Part shown: positions 8,097-17,975 of the stretch, piece by piece | Layout of the letters: each line of letters opens with the position of its first letter | Position numbering within the stretch: position 1 is the first letter of the stretch | NCBI GenBank assembly: GCA_001816455.1 | Contig: MHCB01000012.1 | Location: forward strand, 1-47,612 | DNA: 47,612 bases | Direction of reading: 5' to 3' | Origin: Candidatus Blackburnbacteria bacterium RIFCSPHIGHO2_12_FULL_44_25 | GTDB taxonomy: Bacteria > Patescibacteriota > Microgenomatia > UBA8517 > UBA10165 | The notes under the pieces: model-generated | What the model saw: the letters and a program-made list of their open reading frames with translations, nothing else | Database searches by the model: none | Told to the model about the DNA's origin: nothing | Position numbers and translations under genes: made by a program

Positions 8097-9789
8097 ACCC
8101 GCTGCTCTTCTTATCATTATCGGAAGTCTCGTTTGGAGTCTTACTATGGTTAAAAGCGGGCTCTGCTGGGACGCGAAATGCGTCGGAGGCATAGGATTCT
8201 GGGGCCCCAACGGCCACGACGGCGTGTGGCACATAGCACTCATAAATCATCTGGCTAATGACTCTCTGGAGATGCCCGTCTTCTCAGGCTCAGACCTAAA
8301 AAACTACCATATAGGCTTTGATTTGTTATTAAGCCTCTTTGTACGGTTTTTCCATATTCCCGCCCAAACGCTATACTTCCAAATAATTCCACCCATCGTT
8401 GCTGTATTAATCGGCTTTTTAACCTACTTGTTTGTGGAGCGATGGACCAAATCAAAAAAAGGAGCATTTTGGGCCACCTTTTTTGTCTATTTTGGCGGAA
8501 GTTTTGGCCCAATAGTTTCCTTAATCCGGGATGGTCACATAGGAGGGGAGTCAACATTTTGGTCTCAGCAAGCAATCTCCACGCTAATCAACCCTCCTTT
8601 TGCGTTATCTCTCGTTGCTTTACTGGTAATACTACTTATCCTCCTTAAATACGAGGAAAAAAAAACTTGGAAAAAATTCGCGGTTTTAGTTCTCTTAATT
8701 GCAATTACGACCCAAATCAAGGTCTATGCTGGAATCCTAACGATTAGCGCCCTGCTGGCGGTTGGACTGTATGACCTCGTTCTTAAAAAAAACACTTCAT
8801 ACCTTGCTCTTGCCACAACATCTTTGGTTATCTCTTTACTGTTGTTTATCCCTCTAAACAAAAACTCCTCTTCTCTAGTTGTCTTTCAACCTTTTTGGTT
8901 TTTAGAAACAATGATGGCCCTGTCAGACCGTCTGGGTTGGCCACGCTACTACGAGGCAATGACAAACTATAAGGCGGGGGGAAACTTTGTGAAAGGTGTA
9001 CCAGCTTATATAGTTGCTTTTATTATTTTCTGGGCAGGAAACATGGGGACACGTATTGTTGCTGGAACCGAAAACTTTCGGTGGATTAAGAGTTGGAACA
9101 AGCTTTCTCCCATTAAGGTTTTTATGGTAGTCCTTACGACAGAAGCATTAACAGCGCCGATGTTATTCCTCCAAAAGGGAACACCTTGGAACACCATTCA
9201 GTTTTTTTACTACTATCTGTTTTTCGCAAGCATCATTGCCGGAATCGCCTTCGAGAATTTGATCAAAGATAAATCGCACCAAGTACGTATCATTCTTGTT
9301 TGCGCCCTCCTCGTCCTCACGCTTCCAACCACCTATGCCACTCTACAACACTATCTTCCCTCTCGCCCCCCGGCAAGACTTCCAAATGATGAGATAGAAG
9401 CCCTGAAGTTTTTATCCAAAAACGAAAGAGGAGTCGTCTTAACTTATCCCTTTGATTCCTACGCAGCCGAGCAAGCGGTAGTTAATCCACCAAGGCCTCT
9501 ATACCTGTATGAATCAACTGCCTATGTCGCTGCCTTTTCCGGAAAACCGACTTTTCTGGAAGATGAAATAAACCTAAACATTACCGATTACGAATGGCGA
9601 GCCCGTAGAAAAGAGGTTGAAGAATGGCTTAAAAACCTTGATCAAAAAGAAACATACGCCTTCTTGAGAAAAAACAACATTAAATACGTCTACTGGGTTA
9701 AAGGCCAACGCGCGAGTTTAGGAGAAACCCAACTCGGAATCTCACGCATCTTCGAGAACAAATCCGTAGATATTTATCAAGTAGACTAA
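8074..9789 (+). CDS. Large polytopic membrane protein, probable GT-C-fold transferase
   Basis: Acidic first loop WGPNGHDGVWHIAL, NYHIGFD, QIKVYAG; ~13 TM. C-terminal domain EALKFL...YVAAFSGKPTFLED...FLRKNNIKYVY resembles GT-C soluble domains. Start at ATG 8074 is inferred. Confidence 0.65.
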   Translation: MQSLKNNKPAALLIIIGSLVWSLTMVKSGLCWDAKCVGGIGFWGPNGHDGVWHIALINHLANDSLEMPVFSGSDLKNYHIGFDLLLSLFVRFFHIPAQTLYFQIIPPIVAVLIGFLTYLFVERWTKSKKGAFWATFFVYFGGSFGPIVSLIRDGHIGGESTFWSQQAISTLINPPFALSLVALLVILLILLKYEEKKTWKKFAVLVLLIAITTQIKVYAGILTISALLAVGLYDLVLKKNTSYLALATTSLVISLLLFIPLNKNSSSLVVFQPFWFLETMMALSDRLGWPRYYEAMTNYKAGGNFVKGVPAYIVAFIIFWAGNMGTRIVAGTENFRWIKSWNKLSPIKVFMVVLTTEALTAPMLFLQKGTPWNTIQFFYYYLFFASIIAGIAFENLIKDKSHQVRIILVCALLVLTLPTTYATLQHYLPSRPPARLPNDEIEALKFLSKNERGVVLTYPFDSYAAEQAVVNPPRPLYLYESTAYVAAFSGKPTFLEDEINLNITDYEWRARRKEVEEWLKNLDQKETYAFLRKNNIKYVYWVKGQRASLGETQLGISRIFENKSVDIYQVD

Positions 9790-9811
9790 CTTACGCTACA
9801 ATAAAAGACAA

Positions 9812-10708
9812 ATGACAGTCACCGTGGTCATAAACACTCTAAATGAAGAAAAGAATCTGCCCCGTGCTCTGGCATCAATAAAATCCATTGCTGATGAAAT
9901 TGTCGTAGTAGACATGGAATCCACAGACAAAACTGTTGCAATCGCCAAAAAGGAAGGTGCTAAGGTCTATTCCCATAAACCAGTTGGTTACGTCGAACCT
10001 GCCCGCAATTTTGCAATAAGTAAAGCCAACTGCGATTGGATATTAATACTCGACGCAGACGAAGAAATAAAGCCGGAACTTGCCAAAAAGCTAAAAATTA
10101 TCGCAAAAAGTAAAAAACCTTCGGATTTCTATAGACTTCCTAGGAAAAACATCGTTTTCAAAAAATGGCTCAAACACTCTCGCTGGTGGCCAGATTACAA
10201 CATCCGTTTTTTCAAAAAAGGTGCAGTGAGTTGGAACGAGGTAATTCATTCCGTACCAGAGACAAAAGGAGAAGGACTCGATCTGCCAGCCCAGGAAAAA
10301 TTTGCGATTATCCACCACCACTATGAGACAGTTGCCCAATACTTAGAACGGCATAATAGATATAGCACAGTGCTTGCAACAGAGCTCCAAAAAAAAGGAT
10401 ACGAATTTTATTCACTAGATCTAATAAAAAAACCTCTGGGTGAATTTTTAAGCAGGTATTTTGCAGGGGAAGGCTATAAGGATGGAGTACATGGATTAGC
10501 ACTAAGCGCCCTTCAAGCATTCGTAGAGCTAACTGTTTATATAAAGGTTTGGGAAAAGGAAGGATTTCAAGAAAGCGAAATTACCCAGAAACAAATAAGC
10601 ACCCAATTCTCAAAAAGTGAATTCGAACTTGACTATTGGCTTCGGAATACAGGTATCAGAAAATACAATCTACCCGAAAAATTCCTCAGACGGCTTCTAC
10701 AAAAATAA
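9812..10708 (+). CDS. GT2 glycosyltransferase (beta-1,4-glucosyltransferase/LgtF-KdtX-like)
   Basis: VVINTLNEE, VVDMESTDKT, WILILDADE, WWPDY, VIHS. TACAAT at 9797 upstream. Confidence 0.9.
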   Translation: MTVTVVINTLNEEKNLPRALASIKSIADEIVVVDMESTDKTVAIAKKEGAKVYSHKPVGYVEPARNFAISKANCDWILILDADEEIKPELAKKLKIIAKSKKPSDFYRLPRKNIVFKKWLKHSRWWPDYNIRFFKKGAVSWNEVIHSVPETKGEGLDLPAQEKFAIIHHHYETVAQYLERHNRYSTVLATELQKKGYEFYSLDLIKKPLGEFLSRYFAGEGYKDGVHGLALSALQAFVELTVYIKVWEKEGFQESEITQKQISTQFSKSEFELDYWLRNTGIRKYNLPEKFLRRLLQK

Positions 10709-11616
10709 TGTACCAAGTGTCTATAGTCATCCTAAACTGGAATGGAATCAAAGACACGCTTGAATGTCTAAGCAGCATCCGAAAATTACGAAGTACGAAT
10801 TACAAATTACAAGTTATCGTTGTAGATAACGGATCCACCGATAATTCACGAACCCTGCTGCGCAAAGAAAAAAAAATTACCCTACTAGAAAATAAAAAAA
10901 ACCTAGGTTATGCTGGCGGAAACAATGTCGGCATAAGATATGCCGTGGAAAATGGTGCGGACTTCATACTCCTTTTGAACAATGACACAACAGTCTCTGA
11001 AAGTTTCTTAAACAAATTTCTAGACGCGGCAGAATCCCATAAAGAAGGGGGTGTCTTCTCCCCAAAAATATACTTTGCCAAGGGTTATGAGTACCACAAA
11101 GAGGACTATCATCCAAACGAACTGGGAAAAGTCATCTGGTACGCAGGTGGAATAATTGATTGGAAAAATGTTTTGGGTTCCAACTATGGCGTGGACGACG
11201 TAGATGTTGGCCAGTATCACGTCATCCGCAAGATTGACTTTGCAACAGGCGCATGCGTGTTTTTAAGACGCGAGGTAATAGAAACGATAGGCTACCTAAA
11301 CGAACGGTATTTTTTATACCTCGAAGACGTAGACTATTCAATCAGAGCTCGCCAAGCAGGTTGGAAAATCCTTTTTGTCCCCGACAGCCACATTTGGCAT
11401 AAAGTTTCTCAAAGCTCAGGCATAGGCGGTGCTTTGAATGACTATTATATAACCAGAAACCGTCTCCTATTCGGTCTCACATATGCTCCTATTCGGTCCA
11501 AAATTGCTCTTCTCCGCGAAAGCATTAAATTGTTACTAGCCGGTCGCCCTTGGCAGAAAAAAGGAGTCATTGATTTTTACAAACAGAGCTTTGGGAAAGG
11601 AAGTTTTAGCCAATGA
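10708..11616 (+). CDS. GT2 glycosyltransferase (rhamnosyltransferase-like subgroup)
   Basis: VILNWNG, VVDNGSTD, NLGYAGGNN, LLNND, FLYLEDVD, HKVSQS, YYITRNR. TAATG coupling gives start 10708. Confidence 0.9.
   Translation: MYQVSIVILNWNGIKDTLECLSSIRKLRSTNYKLQVIVVDNGSTDNSRTLLRKEKKITLLENKKNLGYAGGNNVGIRYAVENGADFILLLNNDTTVSESFLNKFLDAAESHKEGGVFSPKIYFAKGYEYHKEDYHPNELGKVIWYAGGIIDWKNVLGSNYGVDDVDVGQYHVIRKIDFATGACVFLRREVIETIGYLNERYFLYLEDVDYSIRARQAGWKILFVPDSHIWHKVSQSSGIGGALNDYYITRNRLLFGLTYAPIRSKIALLRESIKLLLAGRPWQKKGVIDFYKQSFGKGSFSQ
10784..10818 (+). repeat. Degenerate 7-bp tandem array inside GT2 CDS
   Basis: AATTACG AAGTACG AATTACA AATTACA AGTTATC, encoding KLRSTNYKLQVI. Confidence 0.75.
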
Positions 11617-12374
11617 CACTAAGCGTAGTAATTATCACCAAAAATACCGAGAAAAAAATAGAGGACTGCTTGGAATCAATAAAGGACCTGGCAGACGAGA
11701 TAATCCTTTTGGATGGCGGGTCTACGGACAAAACAATTTCTTTAGGTAAAAAGTATAACGCAAAAATATACAAACAAAGGGGAAAGAACTTTGCTTCGTG
11801 GCGAACGCAAGCAAAGGGAGTAGCAAACGGGGAATGGTTATTCTATGTAGACTACGACGAAAGAGTATCGGAGGAACTTAGAGAAGAGATAAAAAGAGAA
11901 ACCCAAACCAGTAAATTCTCGGCTTTTGACATGCCTCGTAAGAACTTTGTTTTTGGAAAATATTTAAGATATGGCGGATGGTATCCTGACTACGTCCTTC
12001 GTCTCATCAAGAAAAAGAATCTTTTAAGATGGGACGGGGAGGTACACGAACAACCCAAAATAAACGGTAGTATTGGCCGACTTAAAAATGCACTAGTCCA
12101 CATTAAGGAGGAGAATATCGGCGATATGGTTACAAAAACCAACCGCTACGCAACCTTTGAAGCCAAACTTCTGTTTGATGCCGGCCACCCTCCCGTGACT
12201 TGGTGGAGGTTTATGCGGGTGATTCTACAAGAAATATGGCACAGGCTAGTTACAAAACTGGGAGTATTAGATGGACCCGAAGGGATTATTTACTGCGTTT
12301 ACCAGGGTTACAGTCGGTTTGTCACCTACGCCAAACTTTGGGAGATGCAAAAAACCCAGACACCTAAAAAATGA
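11613..12374 (+). CDS. GT2 glycosyltransferase (beta-1,4-glucosyltransferase-like)
   Basis: LLDGGSTDKT, FYVDYDE, GGWYPDY, VHE; paralog of 9812 and 30838. ATGA coupling. Confidence 0.9.
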   Translation: MTLSVVIITKNTEKKIEDCLESIKDLADEIILLDGGSTDKTISLGKKYNAKIYKQRGKNFASWRTQAKGVANGEWLFYVDYDERVSEELREEIKRETQTSKFSAFDMPRKNFVFGKYLRYGGWYPDYVLRLIKKKNLLRWDGEVHEQPKINGSIGRLKNALVHIKEENIGDMVTKTNRYATFEAKLLFDAGHPPVTWWRFMRVILQEIWHRLVTKLGVLDGPEGIIYCVYQGYSRFVTYAKLWEMQKTQTPKK

Positions 12375-13399
12375 AAGCATTAATCTACGACCCATACTTA
12401 GACACAGCCGGAGGGGGAGAAAGGTACATGCTAACTGCATCCAGTATTCTACTGAAAAGTGGATACAACGTCGATGTCTGGTGGAAGGATAAAAAAATAG
12501 ACGACTGGTTAGATACTCGCCTCGGGATAGACCTGTCAAAAGTAAATTTTACAGAAGAATTAAACCACGGCTTAGGGTATGACCTAGTTTTCTGGCTATC
12601 CGACGGAAGTATCCCTCTCCTTCTGGGCAAAAAGAACATCGTTCACTTCCAGACTCCTTTTACAAACGTCGACGGTCGATCGTTATTTAACCGATTAAAG
12701 AAAACAAAAATAAACGCCTTTATCTGCAACTCTCGTTTCACAAAGCAGTTTGTAGACAAGGAATATGGAGTAAATTCATTGGTTGCCTATCCTCCGGTAA
12801 ACATCAATCTTTTTAAGAGCGGCAGAAAAGAAAATATAATTCTCTTTGTTGGACGGTATTCTCAACTTCAACAACATAAAAGACAAGACATTCTAATAGA
12901 AAGTTTCAAAAAAATGTGTGGTTCTGGGTTAAAAAACTGGCGCCTGGTCCTAATAGGGGGGAGCGAAGTTGGCGGCCGCGAGTTTGTCGAGTACCTAAAG
13001 GAGAACTCACGCGGGTATCCAATTAGCATCCTGGAAAATTTGCCATTGAGTGGAGTTCGTGAATTCTATGCAAAATCAAAAATCTTTTGGTCTGCCTCAG
13101 GCTTTGGTGTCGACGAGGGAAAAGAACCCCACCAAGTAGAACATTTTGGAATGACCGTTGTCGAGGCTCAATCAGCAAAATGTGTACCAATCGTTGTTAA
13201 CAAAGGGGGGCACAAAGAAACAATAAGAGAAGGTAAAAACGGCTTTTTATGGACCGATACCCAACAACTTGAACAAATAACCTTAGATTTGATAAGAAAT
13301 GAAAGGAGGAGGAAAGAAATTGCAATCACTGCTGAAAAAGATTCAAAAAGATTTTCTGTCAACGCATTTGAGAAGAGCATTGGTGAGATTTTTAAATAA
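12371..13399 (+). CDS. GT4 (GT-B fold) glycosyltransferase
   Basis: DTAGGGERY, CNSRFT, FVGR..HKRQD, EHFGMTVVEAQ (E-x7-E). Confidence 0.92.
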   Translation: MKALIYDPYLDTAGGGERYMLTASSILLKSGYNVDVWWKDKKIDDWLDTRLGIDLSKVNFTEELNHGLGYDLVFWLSDGSIPLLLGKKNIVHFQTPFTNVDGRSLFNRLKKTKINAFICNSRFTKQFVDKEYGVNSLVAYPPVNINLFKSGRKENIILFVGRYSQLQQHKRQDILIESFKKMCGSGLKNWRLVLIGGSEVGGREFVEYLKENSRGYPISILENLPLSGVREFYAKSKIFWSASGFGVDEGKEPHQVEHFGMTVVEAQSAKCVPIVVNKGGHKETIREGKNGFLWTDTQQLEQITLDLIRNERRRKEIAITAEKDSKRFSVNAFEKSIGEIFK

Positions 13400-15788
13400 A
13401 ACCTGGCCATTTATCTTGCTGGCGTCTATTGTCACAGTCTTCTTTTACCCTGTCTTTCTCGAAAATAAAATTCCTCTCCCTGGAGATTTTGTAGTCGGTG
13501 CTTACTATCCATGGCTAGATTATAAATGGGGTTTTCCGGTGGGAGTCCCAGTCAAGAATCCGATAACAACAGATGTTGTTTCTTTCATTTACCCCATGCA
13601 AATGTTGGCAATAGACCTCTTGAAAAACGGCGAATGGCCATTATGGAACCCATATATCTTAGGAGGCACCCCACTTCTTGCAAACTTTCAATCCGCCCCA
13701 TTTTCTCCAACCAATTTTGTTTATTGGTTGTTTGACCGTCTAACTGCTTGGAGTGTACAGATAATGCTCCAACATCTTCTTGCTGGAACATTTACCTATC
13801 TTTTGCTTGTCCATTGGAAAATAAAAAAACTACCAGCAGTAATCGGAGCCACTATATTTGCGTTTTCTGGTTTCAATATGGTCTGGTCTCAGTGGAATGG
13901 CCATGCGCTTGCCGCAGCTTTTATTCCACTGCTCTTACTCCTGGAAGATAAATGGCTCCAAAGTGGCAAAATCTCAAACCTAATTCTGTTTCCTACGGTC
14001 CTCGCTATCCAAATTTACTCGGGTTATCCCCAGGTGGTTCTCTATACGGCACTTAGCATAATCTTGCTTTTTTTATGGCGATTCGAAAAAAGCAAGAAGT
14101 ATCTTATAAAAGCTGTCATGTTGGGAGTAGCTGGCCTCTTCGGACTTGGGCTGGCGGCTCCTCAGATACTCCCCGGAGCCGAACTTCTATCTCTTTCACA
14201 ACGAGAGGTAGAACCACATCCATACGAATGGGCCTTTCTACCGTGGATTAAAACAATAACATTTCTTGCTCCAGACTTCTTTGGCAACCACGCTACTCAA
14301 AACTATTGGGGACCCCAAGACTATACATCAAACACAGGATTCGTTGGTGTCGTTGCTGCAACACTTGCGTGTGCGGGAATTTTGCATTCAAAGAACAAGA
14401 ATAAAAGGTTTGCAATCGTCCTTTTGTGTATTTCTTTGATTTTATCCTTCCCCACACCTGTTTCCATCTTTTTTTGGAAGACCGGAGTTTTTGGACTTCA
14501 GGCTGCCTCGGCCCATCGAGCTCTCGTACTCTTTAATCTAGGTATAGCCATCCTTGCGGGATTTGGAGCAAACACCCTTATCGCCAAAAAAATCAGTCCT
14601 CTGAAAACGTTTTTACTACCGACCGTCCTACTCTTATTTTTCCTTACGGTTTCTGCCTTTCTCTATGTTCACGGACCATTTAACCTTCCGGAAGCCCCTG
14701 ACAGTTTCAATATCCTCACTCAAGAAAAAAGCCAGTACAGAACAGGGCTCAGAAACCTTGCCTATCCAACGCTCATCTTGCTGCTTTCTTTCCCACTGAT
14801 TACAATCGCAAACAAATACAGGCCAGCCAAAAAACACCTGCTTCCAATATTACTTTTGATAACCTGTGCGGAACTTTTTAAGCCTGGGTGGAAATTTACC
14901 CCATTCAGTCCACGCAATATCATTTTCCCCAACACACCAGTTCTGGAATTTCTAAAAAACCAAGAAAAACCATTCAGAACTACGGGTTCCAGAGTAATCC
15001 CCATAAATATGCGAATGCCTTATAAAATCGAAACCCTCGAAGGATATGACGCAGTTTACCCGTTGGAGATCTCTCAATTTATTGCGGCTGTAACAAGCGG
15101 TAGAAGTGGAACAAGCCCAGTTGGGCGATATGGAACAATTGGAGACGAAACAACAAGAGTTTTAGATTTAGTTAACGTTAAATATAATCTCGTAATAAAA
15201 AGAAACAAAAAAAATGAGCCAAGCCCAACTGGCGAAATACCTAGTGCTTTCACCTCGGACAAACTGACACCAGTCTTTGAAGATGGCTCCGTTGCGGTCT
15301 TGAAAAACACAAACGTATTGCCACGTGCTTTCATGGTCTACAATTGGGTAAAGGTGGACGGGCCGGAGGCATTGGATGTATTCATGGACCCCACTTTCCC
15401 CATAGATAAAAAAATCGTACTAGCAGACGACTCGTCAATAACAACAAAACCACAACCTTCCAACAAAGTTGGTGCCGTCAGTTACACAAAAAACACAGAG
15501 AACGAGAGCGTTCTAATAGTAGAAACAGAACAAGACGGGCTTTTGTTTATTTCAGACACATATTACCCCGGTTGGAAAGCCGTGATCGATGGAGAAAGAA
15601 ATTCAATTCTTAGAGCAAATTTCGCATTCAGAGCCATTCCGATTCCCAAAGGTGAACATACTATTAGGATGACGTATGAATCAAGCTCTTTCTTTAATGG
15701 GATCAAAATTGGTATCATTTCGGCACTGCTACTAGGAGGGCTGTCTGTTTTCTTACTTAGAGAAAAAAACAGAAAACTAATTCTGTAA
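13383..15788 (+). CDS. YfhO-family GT-C membrane glycosyltransferase
   Basis: PLWNPYILGGTPLLAN at the N-terminus. C-terminal LPRAF and DTYYPGWKAVIDG..ILRANFAFRAIPIPKGEH before a last TM. Start TTG 13380 or GTG 13383 is inferred. Confidence 0.9.
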   Translation: MRFLNKTWPFILLASIVTVFFYPVFLENKIPLPGDFVVGAYYPWLDYKWGFPVGVPVKNPITTDVVSFIYPMQMLAIDLLKNGEWPLWNPYILGGTPLLANFQSAPFSPTNFVYWLFDRLTAWSVQIMLQHLLAGTFTYLLLVHWKIKKLPAVIGATIFAFSGFNMVWSQWNGHALAAAFIPLLLLLEDKWLQSGKISNLILFPTVLAIQIYSGYPQVVLYTALSIILLFLWRFEKSKKYLIKAVMLGVAGLFGLGLAAPQILPGAELLSLSQREVEPHPYEWAFLPWIKTITFLAPDFFGNHATQNYWGPQDYTSNTGFVGVVAATLACAGILHSKNKNKRFAIVLLCISLILSFPTPVSIFFWKTGVFGLQAASAHRALVLFNLGIAILAGFGANTLIAKKISPLKTFLLPTVLLLFFLTVSAFLYVHGPFNLPEAPDSFNILTQEKSQYRTGLRNLAYPTLILLLSFPLITIANKYRPAKKHLLPILLLITCAELFKPGWKFTPFSPRNIIFPNTPVLEFLKNQEKPFRTTGSRVIPINMRMPYKIETLEGYDAVYPLEISQFIAAVTSGRSGTSPVGRYGTIGDETTRVLDLVNVKYNLVIKRNKKNEPSPTGEIPSAFTSDKLTPVFEDGSVAVLKNTNVLPRAFMVYNWVKVDGPEALDVFMDPTFPIDKKIVLADDSSITTKPQPSNKVGAVSYTKNTENESVLIVETEQDGLLFISDTYYPGWKAVIDGERNSILRANFAFRAIPIPKGEHTIRMTYESSSFFNGIKIGIISALLLGGLSVFLLREKNRKLIL

Positions 15789-16453
15789 TGCAAAACTCGA
15801 ACAAATTAAACCGTCAACAAAAAGCAGCCGAACTTCATAAACAAGTCCCCCCCAACCATTATGCAAGATCAATAAAAGAAAGTTTTCTCCACAGATTTTG
15901 GCATACTACGCGATTTAAGGAGATTGGAGAAATGATTGAACCGGCAGGCGGAAAAATTCTAGACATTGGTTCAGCAGACGGAACTTTCACGAAAGTAATA
16001 ATTGAAAAATCGAAAGCCACCAAAGTCGTTGGCATAGATGTTCTGGCGGCCTCCATTTCGTACGCAAAACGCCGTTTTGCCAGAAGTAAGATAGTGTCCT
16101 TTCGTGTAGCTGATGCCCACGCGCTACCCTTCCCTACAAGAACTTTTGATGCTGTGTTTTGTCTCGAAACTCTTGAGCACGTCGAGGATCCGACCCAGGT
16201 AGCATCGGAAATACACCGAGTACTTAAAGACGACGGATACGCTGTAATTTTAGTACCGAACGAAAACATACTTTTCCGGATCGGGTGGTTTTTTTGGCTT
16301 ATGGGTCCCGGAAAGATATGGAAGAATACCCACATACAAGATCTTTCTGCCGAAGCTATAATGACAACCCTTGGAAAAGCCAACTTTAGAACAAAAGAAA
16401 CAAGGCGCTTTCTGCTCGGAATGCTTCAAGCAGTCAAGGTGGTTAAGAAATGA
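15788..16453 (+). CDS. Class I SAM-dependent methyltransferase
   Basis: ILDIGSADG, VGID, ADAHALPF...FDAV...LEHV, RVLKDDG. TAATG coupling. Confidence 0.92.
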   Translation: MQNSNKLNRQQKAAELHKQVPPNHYARSIKESFLHRFWHTTRFKEIGEMIEPAGGKILDIGSADGTFTKVIIEKSKATKVVGIDVLAASISYAKRRFARSKIVSFRVADAHALPFPTRTFDAVFCLETLEHVEDPTQVASEIHRVLKDDGYAVILVPNENILFRIGWFFWLMGPGKIWKNTHIQDLSAEAIMTTLGKANFRTKETRRFLLGMLQAVKVVKK

Positions 16454-17973
16454 GAACAACAAAATTCTTCCTAACCACCATTTTCTTAATAGCCCTAGCC
16501 TTACGTTTATGGTGGTTTCCCCAAAACACCTACTTTGGCTACGACCAAGCCCGAGACGCTTACGAGTCCCAGGTAATATATAAAAAAGGAGACCTAAAAA
16601 TTATTGGCCCATCAACGTCTCTAGAGGGGCTATATCATGGCCCCTTTTACTGGTATCTAATAGGCCCTGCTTATATTGTGGGAGGCGGTAACCCAACGAT
16701 TCCAGCCTTTCTGCTATCTGTAATCAACTCAACCGGTGTTTTTCTAATCTTTTTAATCGGCAAAAAAATTAGCGGGAAGAAAGTCGGGCTCATAGCAGCC
16801 TTTCTTTACGCGGTGTCTTATGAACAGACGCAATACTCACTTTACTTTGGAAACCCAGCTCCTGCGGTAGTTTCCATAATGTTGTTTTATCTAGGCTTTT
16901 TATACTTTGGTCTAGAAAGAAAGTGGTGGGGACTCTTGCTTGCGGTTATCGGACTTGGGTTGTCGATACAGTTCCAATTCTTCTTGGTTTATTTATCAAT
17001 TATTTCTCTTGTTCTATCCATGATCTTCATCAAAAACTTTAAGACATTCAATCTCAAACGGACACTACTGTTAGTTCTAACAGGCGTCCTTTCGTTTTCT
17101 TCGTTCATCCTTGCGGACATTAAATATGGCGCTCGAAGCTTTCGAATACTCTTAAATATCGCCCAAGGCGAAGGAGCCGCAAAGAATTTTGCAAAACTCT
17201 GGAGTAATTATTTAGACAGGCTGGAAATACACTTCGGCCACAACATCTTCTCAATTGATGGACATGGCCCCAGACTTTTAATTGCCATTCTGGTCATAGC
17301 TTCCGTATTCTTATGGGTAAAGCGCAAGAAACCTCGTCCCGTGCTGGCAGTCCTTCTGCTCTGGGTTTTCTCAAGCGCTCTTTTGATCTTTCTTGGGGGA
17401 CACAATCTTTACTACTCAAACATTGGAATATCAGCAGGAATTTTACTCCTCACTTCATTTCTAATGGTTAACCTCCTTAAAAACAAACTAGTAATAACAC
17501 TCATATTAATCGGAATAAGTCTAAGTAGCTGGAAACTTATACAAAAAAATTCTGTTGGTCCGATAAACGACATATATGTTCAAGAAGGCATGCTTCTGAA
17601 GGAAGAGAAAGCAATTCTCGAATACATCTACAAAACCTCAAACGGAAAACCAATTGTAGTTGCAGCAAGTACCATGCCTTTAAAAATCAACACAACTTGG
17701 TCCTATCTCTTCGAGTGGTATGGTAAAAGTAAATACGGATACCTTCCATACTGGGCAGGCGAAGCGGCTCCAGGATACCCGGGCAACCTTACTCCTTGGC
17801 GATCTCAGGTCCAAGACTATACAATGTTTGCAATAGTTGAACCGTCCCGCGGAGTAAGACAAGCATTTATAGATGGTTTCCTAAAGGAGCAAGAGCAATA
17901 CGGTAAAGTAATAGAAGAGAAACAGTTTGGAGAAAAACCAGGAACGCACTTTCTCGTTCAACGACGGAGATAA
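16450..17973 (+). CDS. ArnT/PMT-like GT-C membrane glycosyltransferase (DQARD type)
   Basis: ALRLWW..YFGYDQARDA, IGP...YHGPFYWYL, NPAP; ~11 TM. Confidence 0.85.
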   Translation: MRTTKFFLTTIFLIALALRLWWFPQNTYFGYDQARDAYESQVIYKKGDLKIIGPSTSLEGLYHGPFYWYLIGPAYIVGGGNPTIPAFLLSVINSTGVFLIFLIGKKISGKKVGLIAAFLYAVSYEQTQYSLYFGNPAPAVVSIMLFYLGFLYFGLERKWWGLLLAVIGLGLSIQFQFFLVYLSIISLVLSMIFIKNFKTFNLKRTLLLVLTGVLSFSSFILADIKYGARSFRILLNIAQGEGAAKNFAKLWSNYLDRLEIHFGHNIFSIDGHGPRLLIAILVIASVFLWVKRKKPRPVLAVLLLWVFSSALLIFLGGHNLYYSNIGISAGILLLTSFLMVNLLKNKLVITLILIGISLSSWKLIQKNSVGPINDIYVQEGMLLKEEKAILEYIYKTSNGKPIVVAASTMPLKINTTWSYLFEWYGKSKYGYLPYWAGEAAPGYPGNLTPWRSQVQDYTMFAIVEPSRGVRQAFIDGFLKEQEQYGKVIEEKQFGEKPGTHFLVQRRR

Positions 17974-17975
17974 AA

